Positions 17,263 through 27,887 of a stretch of DNA of 64,000 nt are shown piece by piece. Each line of letters begins with the position of its first letter. Position 1 is the stretch's first letter. Position numbers and translations under genes: made by a program. The stretch spans positions 111,766 to 175,765 of the forward strand of contig CAYJKF010000001.1 of the NCBI GenBank assembly GCA_964370865.1, in the 5' to 3' direction. The stretch comes from an uncultured Candidatus Saccharibacteria bacterium (GTDB lineage: Bacteria; Patescibacteriota; WWE3; 2-01-FULL-39-13). The notes under the pieces were generated by a model. It worked only from the letters and a program-made list of their open reading frames with translations, did no database searches and was not told the origin of the DNA.

Positions 17263-19944
17263 ATGAAAAAAATCTTAATCTACGGGAATAATTCAGTATC
17301 AAACTTTCTATTAAGTGGACTAAATTACTTCGACTATGAAACCTTGGATATTACTAATTCATCTGATATTAGTGAGCATTTCAATGGAGACACTGTTATC
17401 GACTGTATTATCGATGCGTCTAACGCGATAGAAACAATAGAAGAAGATCAAATCTTTTTTCACAATGATGAAGGGATTATAGAACTACTACACTATTCGA
17501 ATAGGTATAAGATTCCTTTCCTTTTTGTTTATAAGGAACCATTAACTATCGACCGAACATCATCTCTTACATACGCAATTGAAAACATAGATAAGTTAAA
17601 GAAACCTACTTCGATGTTCGTAAAGGTACAAATTGAAGATATTTATGGTCCTGATTTAAATACTTCCCAAAAAATTGAAGACTACCTAACATCGTTGGCC
17701 TCTAATCAAAGCATTAATGTTGAATCAGACTTAACAGAGTTCTACTTAATGCATCAAAAAGACTTGTTTTCTGGAATAATCGCCGCAATGAGGGATGTTA
17801 AAGCTACCAAGACCCAGAGATTCTTTACTCTCTTTCCTGAAGAACCTATAACCGAAATTGAACTTGCCCACTTGGTTACGGAACTCACTGACTTGTCAGT
17901 TGAGATCGAATATTTATCTGAAGACATTAACAGAAGAAATCTTGAAGTAGATATTGACACAATGTATCCAATTAATTGGATGCCAAAAACATCTATTGAT
18001 AAAGGGATAGTAGAGCTATTTAAGTATTATGGAATCCCATTGAAGGAAAATAAATCCGTTCAAGAATCCAACCAGGTAGACATAGGAACGGTTGATGATA
18101 CGAATGAGATGGACGAAACCCCTCCATCAACTATCTCAATTGAGATAAATCCAGAACCTGTAGACGAAGAACCTCAAATAGAACAATCGGATTCAATTGA
18201 TCCGATTGACCCACTTGGTCTATTAGAAACAAATTCTGTAGATAATATCTCTACAGAAATTGAAACCGGAACTAGGTATTATAGACCTGCTCGAACTGTT
18301 GAGTCCCACAAAAAAGAGACATCAAAATCTACCAGAAAATTGAAAAAAAACATAACAGTCGGAATAGCACTTTCTTCACTCTTGGTCTTATCTAGCCTTT
18401 CGTCAGTCGCTTATATTAGTAGATATAAACAAGTTGTAAATTTAATTGACGATAGTAATTCCTTATTCGAAAATCAACGATACGAGGAATCTGCAGAAAC
18501 TGCAGACAAGGCTTTGAGTCAATCAAATGGTTTATACAATCCACCCTTTTTAATAAATTTATATTCTCAACAATTAGGTCTAGGTGATAAACAAATTTAC
18601 GAAGCGACTAAGAATTTATCAACAGTAGCAGAATTACAGAAGAATTTAGCATTTACTTATAAGTCAATAAATTCGATTAACCCATCAGGTACTAACGTTT
18701 CCATCTCTGACAATTCAGTCTTGGGAGCAAATACTTCAGACTCAACAAATATTTATATAGATAAATTAAAGGAATTATTATCAAGTTCTCCGAGAAATAA
18801 TACCGATTACATTTTATATACAGATGAACTAAATAATATTTCTTCAGACGTTATACAGAATTCCGAGTTTATAACTAAAGTAGACACAACTTTACTAAGA
18901 AAAGTATTTGGATTTAGTTCGAAACAGAAATATTTATTTGTAACTCAAGATATAAGCAACATTAAGGCAACTGGTGGAGCTATTAGAAAATTCGGCCATC
19001 TAGACTTTGAGATAGGAAAAATAACTTTTGCAGAGCAAAAAGACATAAAAGAATTTGATGATTCAATTAAATTAACCAGCTCATCGTTTATTGCACCAAA
19101 TGAAATTAAAGTAATAAAAGGAGTCGACTTTATGCCTGCAAGTGAAATAAATTGGGATGTTGATTTTAATAAAAATGCAGAAAATTTATTAAGTGTATAT
19201 AAAAGCACTTATGGGAATACTGCTTTTGACGGTGTAATTGCTATAGATCAAAAAATTTATGATGAATTATCATCTAATAGCCTATCTTCCGATATAGATA
19301 AATTAAACAAAGTAATTAGCGGTCTAAATAGCAGGCATATTTACCTTTACCATACTGATGGACCAATCAAAGGGTATCTTCTTGAAAATAAATGGACTGG
19401 TTCAATCGAACCTTTTGAAGATGATTATTTATATGTTGTGGACACGAATTTATCGGAGGAGAATACCAATGATAAAATCACAAGGTCAATCGAATATAAG
19501 TTCTCGCCGCTTGAAAATGAAAATACGTTTGCAAGAGAATTAATAATTAAATATAAAAACGACAATACCGAAGGAACCGGATATATAAATCACTTAAGGA
19601 TTGTGGTTCCAAATAATATCCTACTTAATTCAGGATCGCTATCTATAAATAATTCCGAAAAAACATCTATTACAAGATCCATCAAGATGTTGCCCGCTGG
19701 AAAATATAACGTTATTTCAACCGATGTATTAGTTCCAAACGGCACTGAAATAGCGTTATTTATTGAATATGAATCTCCATACAAATCACTAGAGGATAAA
19801 AAAATTAACCTCTTCGTACAAAAACAACCTGGACAAATCAATGAAAAGCTTGTAATTACAGGCATATATCCAGCCCAAGGCAGAAATAGTATAATATGGG
19901 AAGGTTTGGCGGATAACGATATTAACGTTGAAATACCGCTTTAA
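17263..19944 (+). CDS. large (893 aa) hypothetical protein with central transmembrane helix
   Basis: N-terminal ~260-aa cytoplasmic-looking domain, an acidic linker, one TM helix (ITVGIALSSLLVLSSLSSVAYI, ~aa 365-386), then a ~500-aa extracytoplasmic Asn/Ser-rich domain. No family recognised. Confidence 0.45.
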   Translation: MKKILIYGNNSVSNFLLSGLNYFDYETLDITNSSDISEHFNGDTVIDCIIDASNAIETIEEDQIFFHNDEGIIELLHYSNRYKIPFLFVYKEPLTIDRTSSLTYAIENIDKLKKPTSMFVKVQIEDIYGPDLNTSQKIEDYLTSLASNQSINVESDLTEFYLMHQKDLFSGIIAAMRDVKATKTQRFFTLFPEEPITEIELAHLVTELTDLSVEIEYLSEDINRRNLEVDIDTMYPINWMPKTSIDKGIVELFKYYGIPLKENKSVQESNQVDIGTVDDTNEMDETPPSTISIEINPEPVDEEPQIEQSDSIDPIDPLGLLETNSVDNISTEIETGTRYYRPARTVESHKKETSKSTRKLKKNITVGIALSSLLVLSSLSSVAYISRYKQVVNLIDDSNSLFENQRYEESAETADKALSQSNGLYNPPFLINLYSQQLGLGDKQIYEATKNLSTVAELQKNLAFTYKSINSINPSGTNVSISDNSVLGANTSDSTNIYIDKLKELLSSSPRNNTDYILYTDELNNISSDVIQNSEFITKVDTTLLRKVFGFSSKQKYLFVTQDISNIKATGGAIRKFGHLDFEIGKITFAEQKDIKEFDDSIKLTSSSFIAPNEIKVIKGVDFMPASEINWDVDFNKNAENLLSVYKSTYGNTAFDGVIAIDQKIYDELSSNSLSSDIDKLNKVISGLNSRHIYLYHTDGPIKGYLLENKWTGSIEPFEDDYLYVVDTNLSEENTNDKITRSIEYKFSPLENENTFARELIIKYKNDNTEGTGYINHLRIVVPNNILLNSGSLSINNSEKTSITRSIKMLPAGKYNVISTDVLVPNGTEIALFIEYESPYKSLEDKKINLFVQKQPGQINEKLVITGIYPAQGRNSIIWEGLADNDINVEIPL

Positions 19945-20124
19945 TTGCTGTTTAATTAGTGCTAGAATAAACGAGCCAAAAATGACATCTGATAAGCACC
20001 TTTCGCAAACCAGACTACTGGACGAGCTTATAGCAAGTTCGGGTAAAATGGATAAGCGCAAATCGGTAACACATGAAGATGTACTATTGGTTAAAAAGTT
20101 ATTAAGAAATAATACAAATTTACT

Positions 20125-20835
20125 ATGGAATTATCTGTACAAAAAAGAGAAATCAAAGGCGCCAAAGTCAAAACATTAAGGCGCGCAGGGATTATACCTG
20201 GAGCAATATTTTCAACTAAAACATCAAGAGGTGAGGGTGAAGTTACTGATATTCAAATGAACCAGTTAGAATTCCGAAAATTATATTCAGTGGCGGGAGA
20301 ATCAACCCTTATCGAATTAAATATAGACGACGAGAAAAGAGATGTTCTAGTTAAAGAAGTACAACTAGATGTAATCTCTTTACTACCAATTCATGTTGGG
20401 TTTTTCGAAGTTGATATGAATCAACCAATTATTACCGAAATTCCTATCATTTTAATAAATGAGGATATTTGTGAACCAGTCAAAGCCAATCTTGGTATTC
20501 TGATTACTGTTTTGGACACAATAGAAGTTAAATCGTTACCTAAATTTATTCCACAAGCTTTTGAAATTGACGTTAGCGTATTAAAGAATGTCGAGGATTT
20601 CTTAACAGTAAAAGATGCTATTAAAGTAGATTCCGATAAGATTGAGATTCTGTCAGACTTAGACGAAGTTATCGTAAAAGTTGACTTCGCCGAACAGCAA
20701 GAGGTTGAAGAAGAAACAGGACCTGAAAGCGTCGAAGGTGTCGAGGTAATCGCTGAAGAAGAAGCTAAAGGCAGACAAGAAGATGGCGAAGCAGAAAAAA
20801 CAGATTCAAAACCTGATGCTAAAAGTACTGAATAG
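20125..20835 (+). CDS. rplY: 50S ribosomal protein L25 / general stress protein Ctc form
   Basis: N-terminus LSVQKREIKGAKVKTLRRAGIIPGAIFS...LYSVAGESTLIEL is typical L25. It has a long acidic C-terminal extension, as in Ctc-type L25. Confidence 0.8.
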   Translation: MELSVQKREIKGAKVKTLRRAGIIPGAIFSTKTSRGEGEVTDIQMNQLEFRKLYSVAGESTLIELNIDDEKRDVLVKEVQLDVISLLPIHVGFFEVDMNQPIITEIPIILINEDICEPVKANLGILITVLDTIEVKSLPKFIPQAFEIDVSVLKNVEDFLTVKDAIKVDSDKIEILSDLDEVIVKVDFAEQQEVEEETGPESVEGVEVIAEEEAKGRQEDGEAEKTDSKPDAKSTE

Positions 20836-20849
20836 AACTCCCCAGAGTA

Positions 20850-21419
20850 TTATCGAATCAAAAGTAAGTATTCTCTGTTGTGACCTTTATCCCCAAGAAT
20901 AGGTGAAATTATATTGTTAACGAGTTCCCTATTATCCCTTTCTAAGATTCCTCTTAATTTTGTAATATACAAAGGAATGAACTCCTCTAAATATTCTTCA
21001 GACACGGATCCTTTTATTAAATACTTTTTATCTACTTCATACTGAGGCTTAAGTAATGCGATTATCACACCTTCCTCCTTAAGATTTTTAAGGATATTCG
21101 GAATTATTTTTTCTAATTTTGTCCAACCGACATCGACAACACATAAGTCCACCAGTTCAGGAAGAAGCACGTGTAAGGCATTAGTTCTTTCCATTACAAC
21201 CACACGGGGGTCATTGCGTAACTTCCAGGCGAGTTCACCATAAGCAGTATCAACTGCATATATTTTTTGCGCTCCATTCTGTAATAGGCAATCAGTGAAT
21301 CCTCCTGTACTTACACCAAAATCCGCACAAATTAAATTTTTTGGATTTATTGAAAATGCTTCTAGGGCTGCGGCGAGTTTTAAACCGGCCCTTGAGACAT
21401 AGGGATTATTTTTATCCAT
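20850..21419 (-). CDS. TlyA/FtsJ-like RNA 2'-O-methyltransferase (no S4 domain)
   Basis: 189 aa. The motifs YVSRAGLKLAAALEAF, ICADFGVSTGGFTDCLLQNGAQKIYAVD and DVGW resemble the TlyA/RrmJ SAM-binding core. Confidence 0.55.
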   Translation of the reverse strand: MDKNNPYVSRAGLKLAAALEAFSINPKNLICADFGVSTGGFTDCLLQNGAQKIYAVDTAYGELAWKLRNDPRVVVMERTNALHVLLPELVDLCVVDVGWTKLEKIIPNILKNLKEEGVIIALLKPQYEVDKKYLIKGSVSEEYLEEFIPLYITKLRGILERDNRELVNNIISPILGDKGHNREYLLLIR

Positions 21420-23631
21420 TCTTTTGTGGCCAGTTACTAACGATTAAATCTGCGTCATCTGGTTGCTTCAACTCTTGCCAAATTGATTCCGTCACAAAAG
21501 GCATAAATGGATGTAATAATTTTAGGCATCCGAAATATACATGTTTAAATATTGCCATGGTATTCTCATCCTCACGATTCCTTATTTCTTCAAGGTATCC
21601 ATTCGCAAAATCATTCCATATAAAATCATATAATTTTTCACCTGCTATTTTGAAATTATATTTATCGAGATCTTTTGTAACTTTATCTACTAAAGAATTA
21701 TATTTGTTAACAATCTCTAAATCGGTTGCAAGATTGGTAGTAAATTTATTAGGTATTCTAAGACTTTCGGTTTTTATTTGATAATATCGACCAACATTCC
21801 ATATTTTATTTGCAAAGTTTCGATAGCCTCGAACTTTATCTTCATCAAAAGGTGTAAGCTTTGAAGCAGTATTTCCACCAACTAAGATGCCCATCCTCAG
21901 TGCATCTGCCCCATATTTATCTATTATTGTTAAAGGGTCAACCACATTCCCCTTACTTTTGCTCATCTTTACCCCATGCTTATCGGTAACCATTCCATGA
22001 AAATAAACATAATAAAAAGGAACTTTACCAGTCAGATATTTAGAGAACATAATCATTCTTGCGATCCAAAAAAACATAATATCGTAGCCAGAATCCAAAA
22101 AATTAGTTGGATAGAAGTGCTTATGTAGATCTCCATCGGGGTAGTCAGTAGTGGTTAAAGGCCATTGACCCGAACTAAACCATGTATCAAATGTATCTGT
22201 ATCTTGCAGATAATTATCTCCAGGTGAATCTACACTAATTCTGAATTTTGCATCGCTTGGTGCAACGACTTTTTGTAAACCGTTTTCTATTTCTTGAAAG
22301 GAGTATTGTTTCAATAAATTTGAGATACTCCCAATCTGAGTTTCATTATTTTTGGTTCGAAATGTAACTGACAAATTAGGATTCTCTACAACTGAATACC
22401 ATGCAGGAATTCTTATTCCAAAAACAGTTTGTCTGCTAATTGGCCAAGGCTTTTTTTGCACAATCCATTTAAGAACATCTCTTCTCCACATTTTTTGATT
22501 GAACGTTACCTCTTCATCTTCAATGGCCTCAATTGCCAGATCGCAGAATTTCTCCATATCTATAAACCAATTATCTAAAACCATAGGTTCAATTGGATTA
22601 TGATCTTTGTAGTCAACTAAAACACGATTAGTGTATTTTTCATCGACTTTCTGCAAGGCTCCTTTTTCTTTTAATATATCGGCAACTTTTACTCTCGCTT
22701 GTTTGGCAAAGAAACCAACACACTCGTCTGCGTTCTCATTCATTCTTCCATCTAAATTTATTAAGGATATAACTTCCAAATTATGAGTCTTACCAATCTT
22801 AAAGTCATTCTGGTCGTGGCCAGGCGTAATCTTCAAAGCTCCAGTACCAAATTTCTTATCGACATAACCATCTTCAATAATCTTCAACTTTCGACCGTTA
22901 AGTGGGTTAATCGCAAATTTACCAACAAATTTTGTATATCTTTTGTCTTTTGGATTTACTGCTATAGCCACATCGGCGTAAATAGTTTCTGGGCGTACTG
23001 TTGCAACTGTTATTAAATCTTCTGATCCTTCAATCTTGTATGAAACATAATAAAGTGGTGAAACCGTATCAATATATTCAGTTTCTAGGTCACTAAATGT
23101 TGTCCCATAGAAAGTGGAGTAATTTACCATATACCCAGCCCGATAAACCATTCCGTCTTTATACATTTTAAGGAAAGTATCGTAGACAGTTTTAATAACC
23201 TCATCATCAAGCATAAAAGTATTTTTTGACCAATCAGCGCTAATTCCTAAGATTTTAAATTGATTTATCGCAATATCCGAATTTTCTTTTACAAAGTCTA
23301 AAACTTTATTGTAAAAAGTAACCCTATCGAAATCAAAACGGCTTTTACCTTCTTTTTTTAAATGTTTCTCGTATACATATTGAGTTTCGAAACCAGCATG
23401 GTCGGTACCTGGTAAGTACAGAGTATCGTACCCCTGCATCCTCTTATACCTGGCAACAAGGTCCTGTATTGAATATGTGCAATGACCAATGTGTAAATGT
23501 GCGTTTGCATTTGGGGGAGGCATTAATATTGTAAAAGGACGCTTACTTGATTTAGGAGAAAAAGCACCCGCGTTTTCCCATTTTGAATATATCTCGGGCT
23601 CCTTAGTTTTGTGGTCAAATACCTTATCCAT
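21412..23631 (-). CDS. valS: class I aminoacyl-tRNA synthetase, most likely valine--tRNA ligase (compact form)
   Basis: PPPNANAHLHIGH (HIGH motif in ValRS-like context PPPN...H.GH) and KMSKSKGN (KMSKS). 739 aa, apparently lacking the C-terminal coiled-coil. IleRS or LeuRS are not fully excluded. Confidence 0.6.
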   Translation of the reverse strand: MDKVFDHKTKEPEIYSKWENAGAFSPKSSKRPFTILMPPPNANAHLHIGHCTYSIQDLVARYKRMQGYDTLYLPGTDHAGFETQYVYEKHLKKEGKSRFDFDRVTFYNKVLDFVKENSDIAINQFKILGISADWSKNTFMLDDEVIKTVYDTFLKMYKDGMVYRAGYMVNYSTFYGTTFSDLETEYIDTVSPLYYVSYKIEGSEDLITVATVRPETIYADVAIAVNPKDKRYTKFVGKFAINPLNGRKLKIIEDGYVDKKFGTGALKITPGHDQNDFKIGKTHNLEVISLINLDGRMNENADECVGFFAKQARVKVADILKEKGALQKVDEKYTNRVLVDYKDHNPIEPMVLDNWFIDMEKFCDLAIEAIEDEEVTFNQKMWRRDVLKWIVQKKPWPISRQTVFGIRIPAWYSVVENPNLSVTFRTKNNETQIGSISNLLKQYSFQEIENGLQKVVAPSDAKFRISVDSPGDNYLQDTDTFDTWFSSGQWPLTTTDYPDGDLHKHFYPTNFLDSGYDIMFFWIARMIMFSKYLTGKVPFYYVYFHGMVTDKHGVKMSKSKGNVVDPLTIIDKYGADALRMGILVGGNTASKLTPFDEDKVRGYRNFANKIWNVGRYYQIKTESLRIPNKFTTNLATDLEIVNKYNSLVDKVTKDLDKYNFKIAGEKLYDFIWNDFANGYLEEIRNREDENTMAIFKHVYFGCLKLLHPFMPFVTESIWQELKQPDDADLIVSNWPQKNG

Positions 23632-23681
23632 TTGTAATATTATACGATAGTATGGGTAAAAGCTGATAGTGTGGGCAGAGG

Positions 23682-24986
23682 CTAAAATCCCGTTCTAAAC
23701 AAACTTCTTATTTTTTCTTTTTCTGCGCTAAAGATTTTGTATAAACTGTTGTCGTTCTCGCCGATAGCTATAGCCAAATTATTAAAAACATCTATGAATT
23801 CTTTATTACCACTATTGGTGGTAAAGTAGCTATGCGAAGAAGAGTCGGCATATTCAATAAACCCTTGTAAATATTCATTACTTTTCGTAATAGAATCTAG
23901 CGATTTTACACTAGGAATTTCACCAAAATTTGCGTATTTGGAGTATTCACTAAACATCTTTGTTTGTTGTTCAGGCATACTTAACCAATTTAAAAAATCC
24001 CATGCCAACTTTTGTTCATCCTTGGAGAGATCAGTCGAAACCGTTTCAACGAACGAAGAAGCGACTGTTAACCTGGTTGTTCCTCCTTCACTAAGTGGTA
24101 ACTGCGGCACTGAAATGACTTCTAAATTCATAGATGGATTAAGGTTCAAAATAGTTTTTAAATCACCCGTTTTCACGAAAACCATTCCAACTTTACCTTC
24201 AGCGAATGCACCTATAGAATCTGGCAAACTGTCACTCCAGACTCTATCGATTTTTGAAAAATTCATATAATAGCCAATAACCTCAACGGCCGTTTCTGAG
24301 TCAATACTATCTGGAATCTTAATATTACTCTGCGCTAACATCAAGGAAATAATATCAGAATGGTTTGCAACATTATTTGTGGAACCAATTGCAGCCCCCG
24401 CTACAATGATATTGTTCCGACTGTCTCTTTTAGTAATCCTTATTGCTGCATTTCGAAAATCTTCCCATGTAACTGGAACTCCAGCACCCGATTGCTGAAA
24501 CAAGTCCTTGTTATAAGCAAGTGCCAATCCGTCATACATTATAGGAATACATTTGACCTCTTCATTAATAATACATTGTGTCCGGTAGGCTCTATAAAAG
24601 GCCGCCTCGAAATCTTTCTTTGAAACGGATGTATTTATGGCCATCTCTGATGATAGAAATGGTGACCAGGTTGCATGGATTCGAAATATATCTGGTCCCT
24701 CTCCTGAGCGTAATTTTTCTGCCAATAATTTTTTATACTCAGTTAAATCGTCATAACTCTTTCTTTCATACTTTATCAATACATTAGGATTGCTTTTCTC
24801 GTATTCAGAAATTAATGGCTGAATTACCTCTACTGGTAAGTTTATACCCCAGTATGTGAATTCAGTTCTAGAGGCGACTGTTGGACGATTATTTCCTGGG
24901 AGTGAGACATTAGTTACTAGATATAAAACAGCCAAGAGGGAAATAAAAACGATCGCCAGTGTAAATAATAACTTAGTAGTATTCAT
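23682..24986 (-). CDS. extracellular solute-binding protein (ABC transporter family-1-like), orphan
   Basis: 434 aa. N-terminal TM/signal, then TEFTYWGINLPVEVIQPLISEYEKSNPNVLIKYE, typical of sugar-type SBP N-lobes. No permease or ATPase lies adjacent. Confidence 0.45.
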   Translation of the reverse strand: MNTTKLLFTLAIVFISLLAVLYLVTNVSLPGNNRPTVASRTEFTYWGINLPVEVIQPLISEYEKSNPNVLIKYERKSYDDLTEYKKLLAEKLRSGEGPDIFRIHATWSPFLSSEMAINTSVSKKDFEAAFYRAYRTQCIINEEVKCIPIMYDGLALAYNKDLFQQSGAGVPVTWEDFRNAAIRITKRDSRNNIIVAGAAIGSTNNVANHSDIISLMLAQSNIKIPDSIDSETAVEVIGYYMNFSKIDRVWSDSLPDSIGAFAEGKVGMVFVKTGDLKTILNLNPSMNLEVISVPQLPLSEGGTTRLTVASSFVETVSTDLSKDEQKLAWDFLNWLSMPEQQTKMFSEYSKYANFGEIPSVKSLDSITKSNEYLQGFIEYADSSSHSYFTTNSGNKEFIDVFNNLAIAIGENDNSLYKIFSAEKEKIRSLFRTGF

Positions 24987-24991
24987 TGGTT

Positions 24992-26230
24992 TTATTCGAC
25001 TTTTTTAGCATAGGAACCTGATACCCAACCTTCTTTTTCTCCTTCATATTTTATTTTGTACCAACCGCTTTTTTCTTCCAATACATCAAACTCAAGCCCT
25101 TCATTAACTCGGCCGACCTCTTTACCCGAAGTAGCACCATTGTCTCTTACTCTTAAGAATCCAAGGCCAGTTGGCTGTATTTTAACTTTAAAACCAGCAC
25201 CAGCTGGGGCAGTTCCATCATTTTCAGTGATACTCACTTCTCCATTTAAAGCTTGATTAATTGACTCTTTTGCCTGATCTGTCAATTGCATTTTATCTTC
25301 ATAGCCTAAATACACGATGGCAGTATCGCCTTCTGCTTTCATTTCGGTTGGATTGATTTGATTTCCATCACCATCATATATTTCACCATTGTCTGAAATG
25401 AAATAATTAAATCTATCTATCTTGAAATTTCCAAATACATTAGCTTCTCGAGTCTTTATCCAGTAATTAATTCCCTTTGCCCAACTTTTCTTATCCATAA
25501 ATCCTGGATTTGAAACTTTAGAGAAGTTAAGGAATTTAACTCCCTCTGGTAATCCGTCTAAAGATGAATATTCTTTGGGAATTGGAATTAGAAATAAATC
25601 AACTCTAATATTTAATTGGTATCCAGGAACAGCTGTGACCGCTACTTGTTGCTCCTCATAACCGTCTTTTCTAAAAGTGAGGATATATCTATTATTTTCA
25701 TTCTCTTTTAATAAATCTTTTGTAGCGAATTTAGTTGGAGTTTTGCCAATTTCTACTCCGTCCACGATTACCGAAACACCTTCTACCAATGGTGAAACTA
25801 CGGAAATTTGAGCCTCATCTTGGCTAAAGGATTTCTCCATCCAAATATTTTGACCTGAACTAAAAGCCTCTCCTACACCAAGATCTCTACTTATAATTGC
25901 TAAAGTACTATTTGCCGGCCTAATTGAGGTGGAGTAATCATTTGTTTCGCCTCTAATCTTTACTTCAATATCGCTTGTTAGGATATCTTCAGAATAAACA
26001 GGCGCATCACCGTAATCCTTATTGTTTACGGAAACCGAGGCTTTTCCATTCATTACTTCAACCTGTATAGCAGATCTTCCGAAACCACCTGTAAAATAAT
26101 TGTAAATAAAGAATACAACTGCGCCCAGAATCGCGAGTCCTAAGAAGATGCTTGAAATTTGGTAAAAATCAAATTTTTTCATAATAATACTTATTAAAAG
26201 GTAGCATCTAGGAGGATTAAACTCAACCAC
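24992..26230 (-). CDS. membrane-anchored hypothetical protein with C-terminal SH3b-like segment
   Basis: 412 aa. N-terminal TM (IFLGLAILGAVVFFIYNYF). The C-terminal SGWYKIKYEGEKEGWVSGSYAK resembles bacterial SH3 motifs. Confidence 0.4.
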   Translation of the reverse strand: MVEFNPPRCYLLISIIMKKFDFYQISSIFLGLAILGAVVFFIYNYFTGGFGRSAIQVEVMNGKASVSVNNKDYGDAPVYSEDILTSDIEVKIRGETNDYSTSIRPANSTLAIISRDLGVGEAFSSGQNIWMEKSFSQDEAQISVVSPLVEGVSVIVDGVEIGKTPTKFATKDLLKENENNRYILTFRKDGYEEQQVAVTAVPGYQLNIRVDLFLIPIPKEYSSLDGLPEGVKFLNFSKVSNPGFMDKKSWAKGINYWIKTREANVFGNFKIDRFNYFISDNGEIYDGDGNQINPTEMKAEGDTAIVYLGYEDKMQLTDQAKESINQALNGEVSITENDGTAPAGAGFKVKIQPTGLGFLRVRDNGATSGKEVGRVNEGLEFDVLEEKSGWYKIKYEGEKEGWVSGSYAKKVE

Positions 26231-26244
26231 AATAGAGTTAAATT

Positions 26245-27069
26245 TTAGTGTTTACGGTATCGTGAAGCTATTTCCAGTCGACGATTGATGAAGTCGCTTT
26301 TATCAAGAAATGCGATTCTTATGGTCTGCCCTTTTTCTAGAATTATTTTATCGTTTTGTTTGACTTCTATCTCTTTTTTTATTCCGTCGATATAAATTAT
26401 TTCAGGTTCTCTTATGGATTTAGAAACTATCTCGAGTTTCTGGATAGTTAAGATATCCTCTAGGAATCTATTACAAACCACACCATTTATTGACCAAAGA
26501 GATGACCCAAGAGGCAAGATTGATCCTCCTAAATTAAAATTGTAACCAGTCGAGCCAAGATCCGTACTAACACAAATTCCGGACCCACTTATTTCAAAAT
26601 CAGAAAACGAGCCATCCTCTGAATTTAGAACGAAATGATGATATCCCATTATTGTTGAGCCAATCACAACATCATTTATTGCATAACCAGCAAATATTTT
26701 TTTGCCAGTCTCTTTTAAAACGCTGACTTTAATTGAGGTCGTTTTAATTTCGGTAAGTGCGACATTTTCCTTTTTCAGCCTTCCAAATAATTTTTTTATA
26801 TCGTCAGTTGGATTCATCAAGAAGTTAAGTGTTCCGCCTGCAATTCCGAAAAAAGGAACTTGAAGTTTATTGTGTTCCTGAATCGCATGCAAAAGCGCTC
26901 CGTCTCCACCAGCAACCACAAGTAACTCTGGAATCGTTTCAAGCGTAAACGAATTGAAGTACTTTTCCACAATATGGTTCACTTTTAGATTTCGTTGATC
27001 TGTCGTAGATATATATTTAATCCTCATTGGTAATACGTTATAATAGCCTAGATTCTTGAAATTAGACAA
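26245..27069 (-). CDS. nadK: NAD(+) kinase
   Basis: 274 aa. The GGDGALLHA (GGDG) motif and the NDVVIGS and TGSTGY segments are typical of NAD kinases. Confidence 0.75.
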   Translation of the reverse strand: MSNFKNLGYYNVLPMRIKYISTTDQRNLKVNHIVEKYFNSFTLETIPELLVVAGGDGALLHAIQEHNKLQVPFFGIAGGTLNFLMNPTDDIKKLFGRLKKENVALTEIKTTSIKVSVLKETGKKIFAGYAINDVVIGSTIMGYHHFVLNSEDGSFSDFEISGSGICVSTDLGSTGYNFNLGGSILPLGSSLWSINGVVCNRFLEDILTIQKLEIVSKSIREPEIIYIDGIKKEIEVKQNDKIILEKGQTIRIAFLDKSDFINRRLEIASRYRKH

Positions 27070-27142
27070 TATGGTGAGATACCAAAAACGGTCATCCGCC
27101 TATGGACTACGAATAATTGTCTAATCCAGGAGTATTCCGCGT

Positions 27143-27218
27143 GGTGAGATAGCCAAGTTGGTCACGGCATCGGTCTGAAAAACCGACTATGTGAGTTCGA
27201 TTCTCACTCTCACCACCA
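27143..27218 (+). tRNA. tRNA-Phe (anticodon GAA), CCA encoded
   Basis: Manual cloverleaf. Acceptor GGTGAGA/TCTCACC, anticodon stem TCGGT/ACCGA with loop CTGAAAA (U33, anticodon GAA, A37). T-arm GTGAG-TTCGATT-CTCAC, discriminator A, CCA. Confidence 0.7.
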
Positions 27219-27300
27219 TTAGGTTATTCCCTTATGTTATAGAGGAATGCTTCCCCCGTTAAACAGTAATGGCGTGTAATAAATGTTATAGAATTGTTTT

Positions 27301-27858
27301 ATGCCAGTACTAGAATTCGTCGGAATTGCTCGAGCAGGAAAAACTACGGTAGCGAAACTTTTAGAAAAAGACATCCTCAGTTTACGATATTATCCCGAAC
27401 GACATGATTTAATCCCAAAAGAATATTTAGAAGATAACTTTAAACAAAGTTATTGGTATGCGCAGTACTGCATAGAAAAACTAAATGAAGCGAAGAAACA
27501 AAAAGGCATACATATATTTGAACGTGGGGTAGTTGATAGATTAGTAATTGCTCGAACCTATAAAAAAATTGGCGTACTTACAGACACACAATATGAGGAT
27601 ATGGAAAAGTTACTTAAACCTCATCTCCAATATGTAGATAAAGTTTTTATATTTTTAATTCCAGTACAAGAATCGGTTATACGTGCTGAGAAAATGGGAA
27701 AAGATGTTAAGAAGGCCGTTCCTTATATGGATAACTTATTCGCGGAGTATGAAAACATTAATAAATGGTTTTCTAACTGTTTGTATTTATCTAGGAATTC
27801 AACTCCAGAACGATTGGAATCAATTATCCAAGGTGAAATAAAATTTTTAGGATTCTAA
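27301..27858 (+). CDS. P-loop kinase, deoxynucleoside-kinase-like
   Basis: 185 aa. Walker A VGIARAGKTTVA. An ERG..D motif (FERGVVDRLVIARTY) resembles the dNK ERS motif. Confidence 0.4.
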   Translation: MPVLEFVGIARAGKTTVAKLLEKDILSLRYYPERHDLIPKEYLEDNFKQSYWYAQYCIEKLNEAKKQKGIHIFERGVVDRLVIARTYKKIGVLTDTQYEDMEKLLKPHLQYVDKVFIFLIPVQESVIRAEKMGKDVKKAVPYMDNLFAEYENINKWFSNCLYLSRNSTPERLESIIQGEIKFLGF

Positions 27859-27884
27859 AGCGGTTCCTTTCCAGTTAAACCGCT
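27859..27884. terminator. possible bidirectional hairpin between convergent genes
   Basis: AGCGGTT(27859-27865)...AACCGCT(27878-27884), a 7-bp stem with a 12-nt loop, lying between the convergent stops at 27858 and 27888. No clear U-tract. Confidence 0.25.
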
Positions 27885-27887
27885 CCC

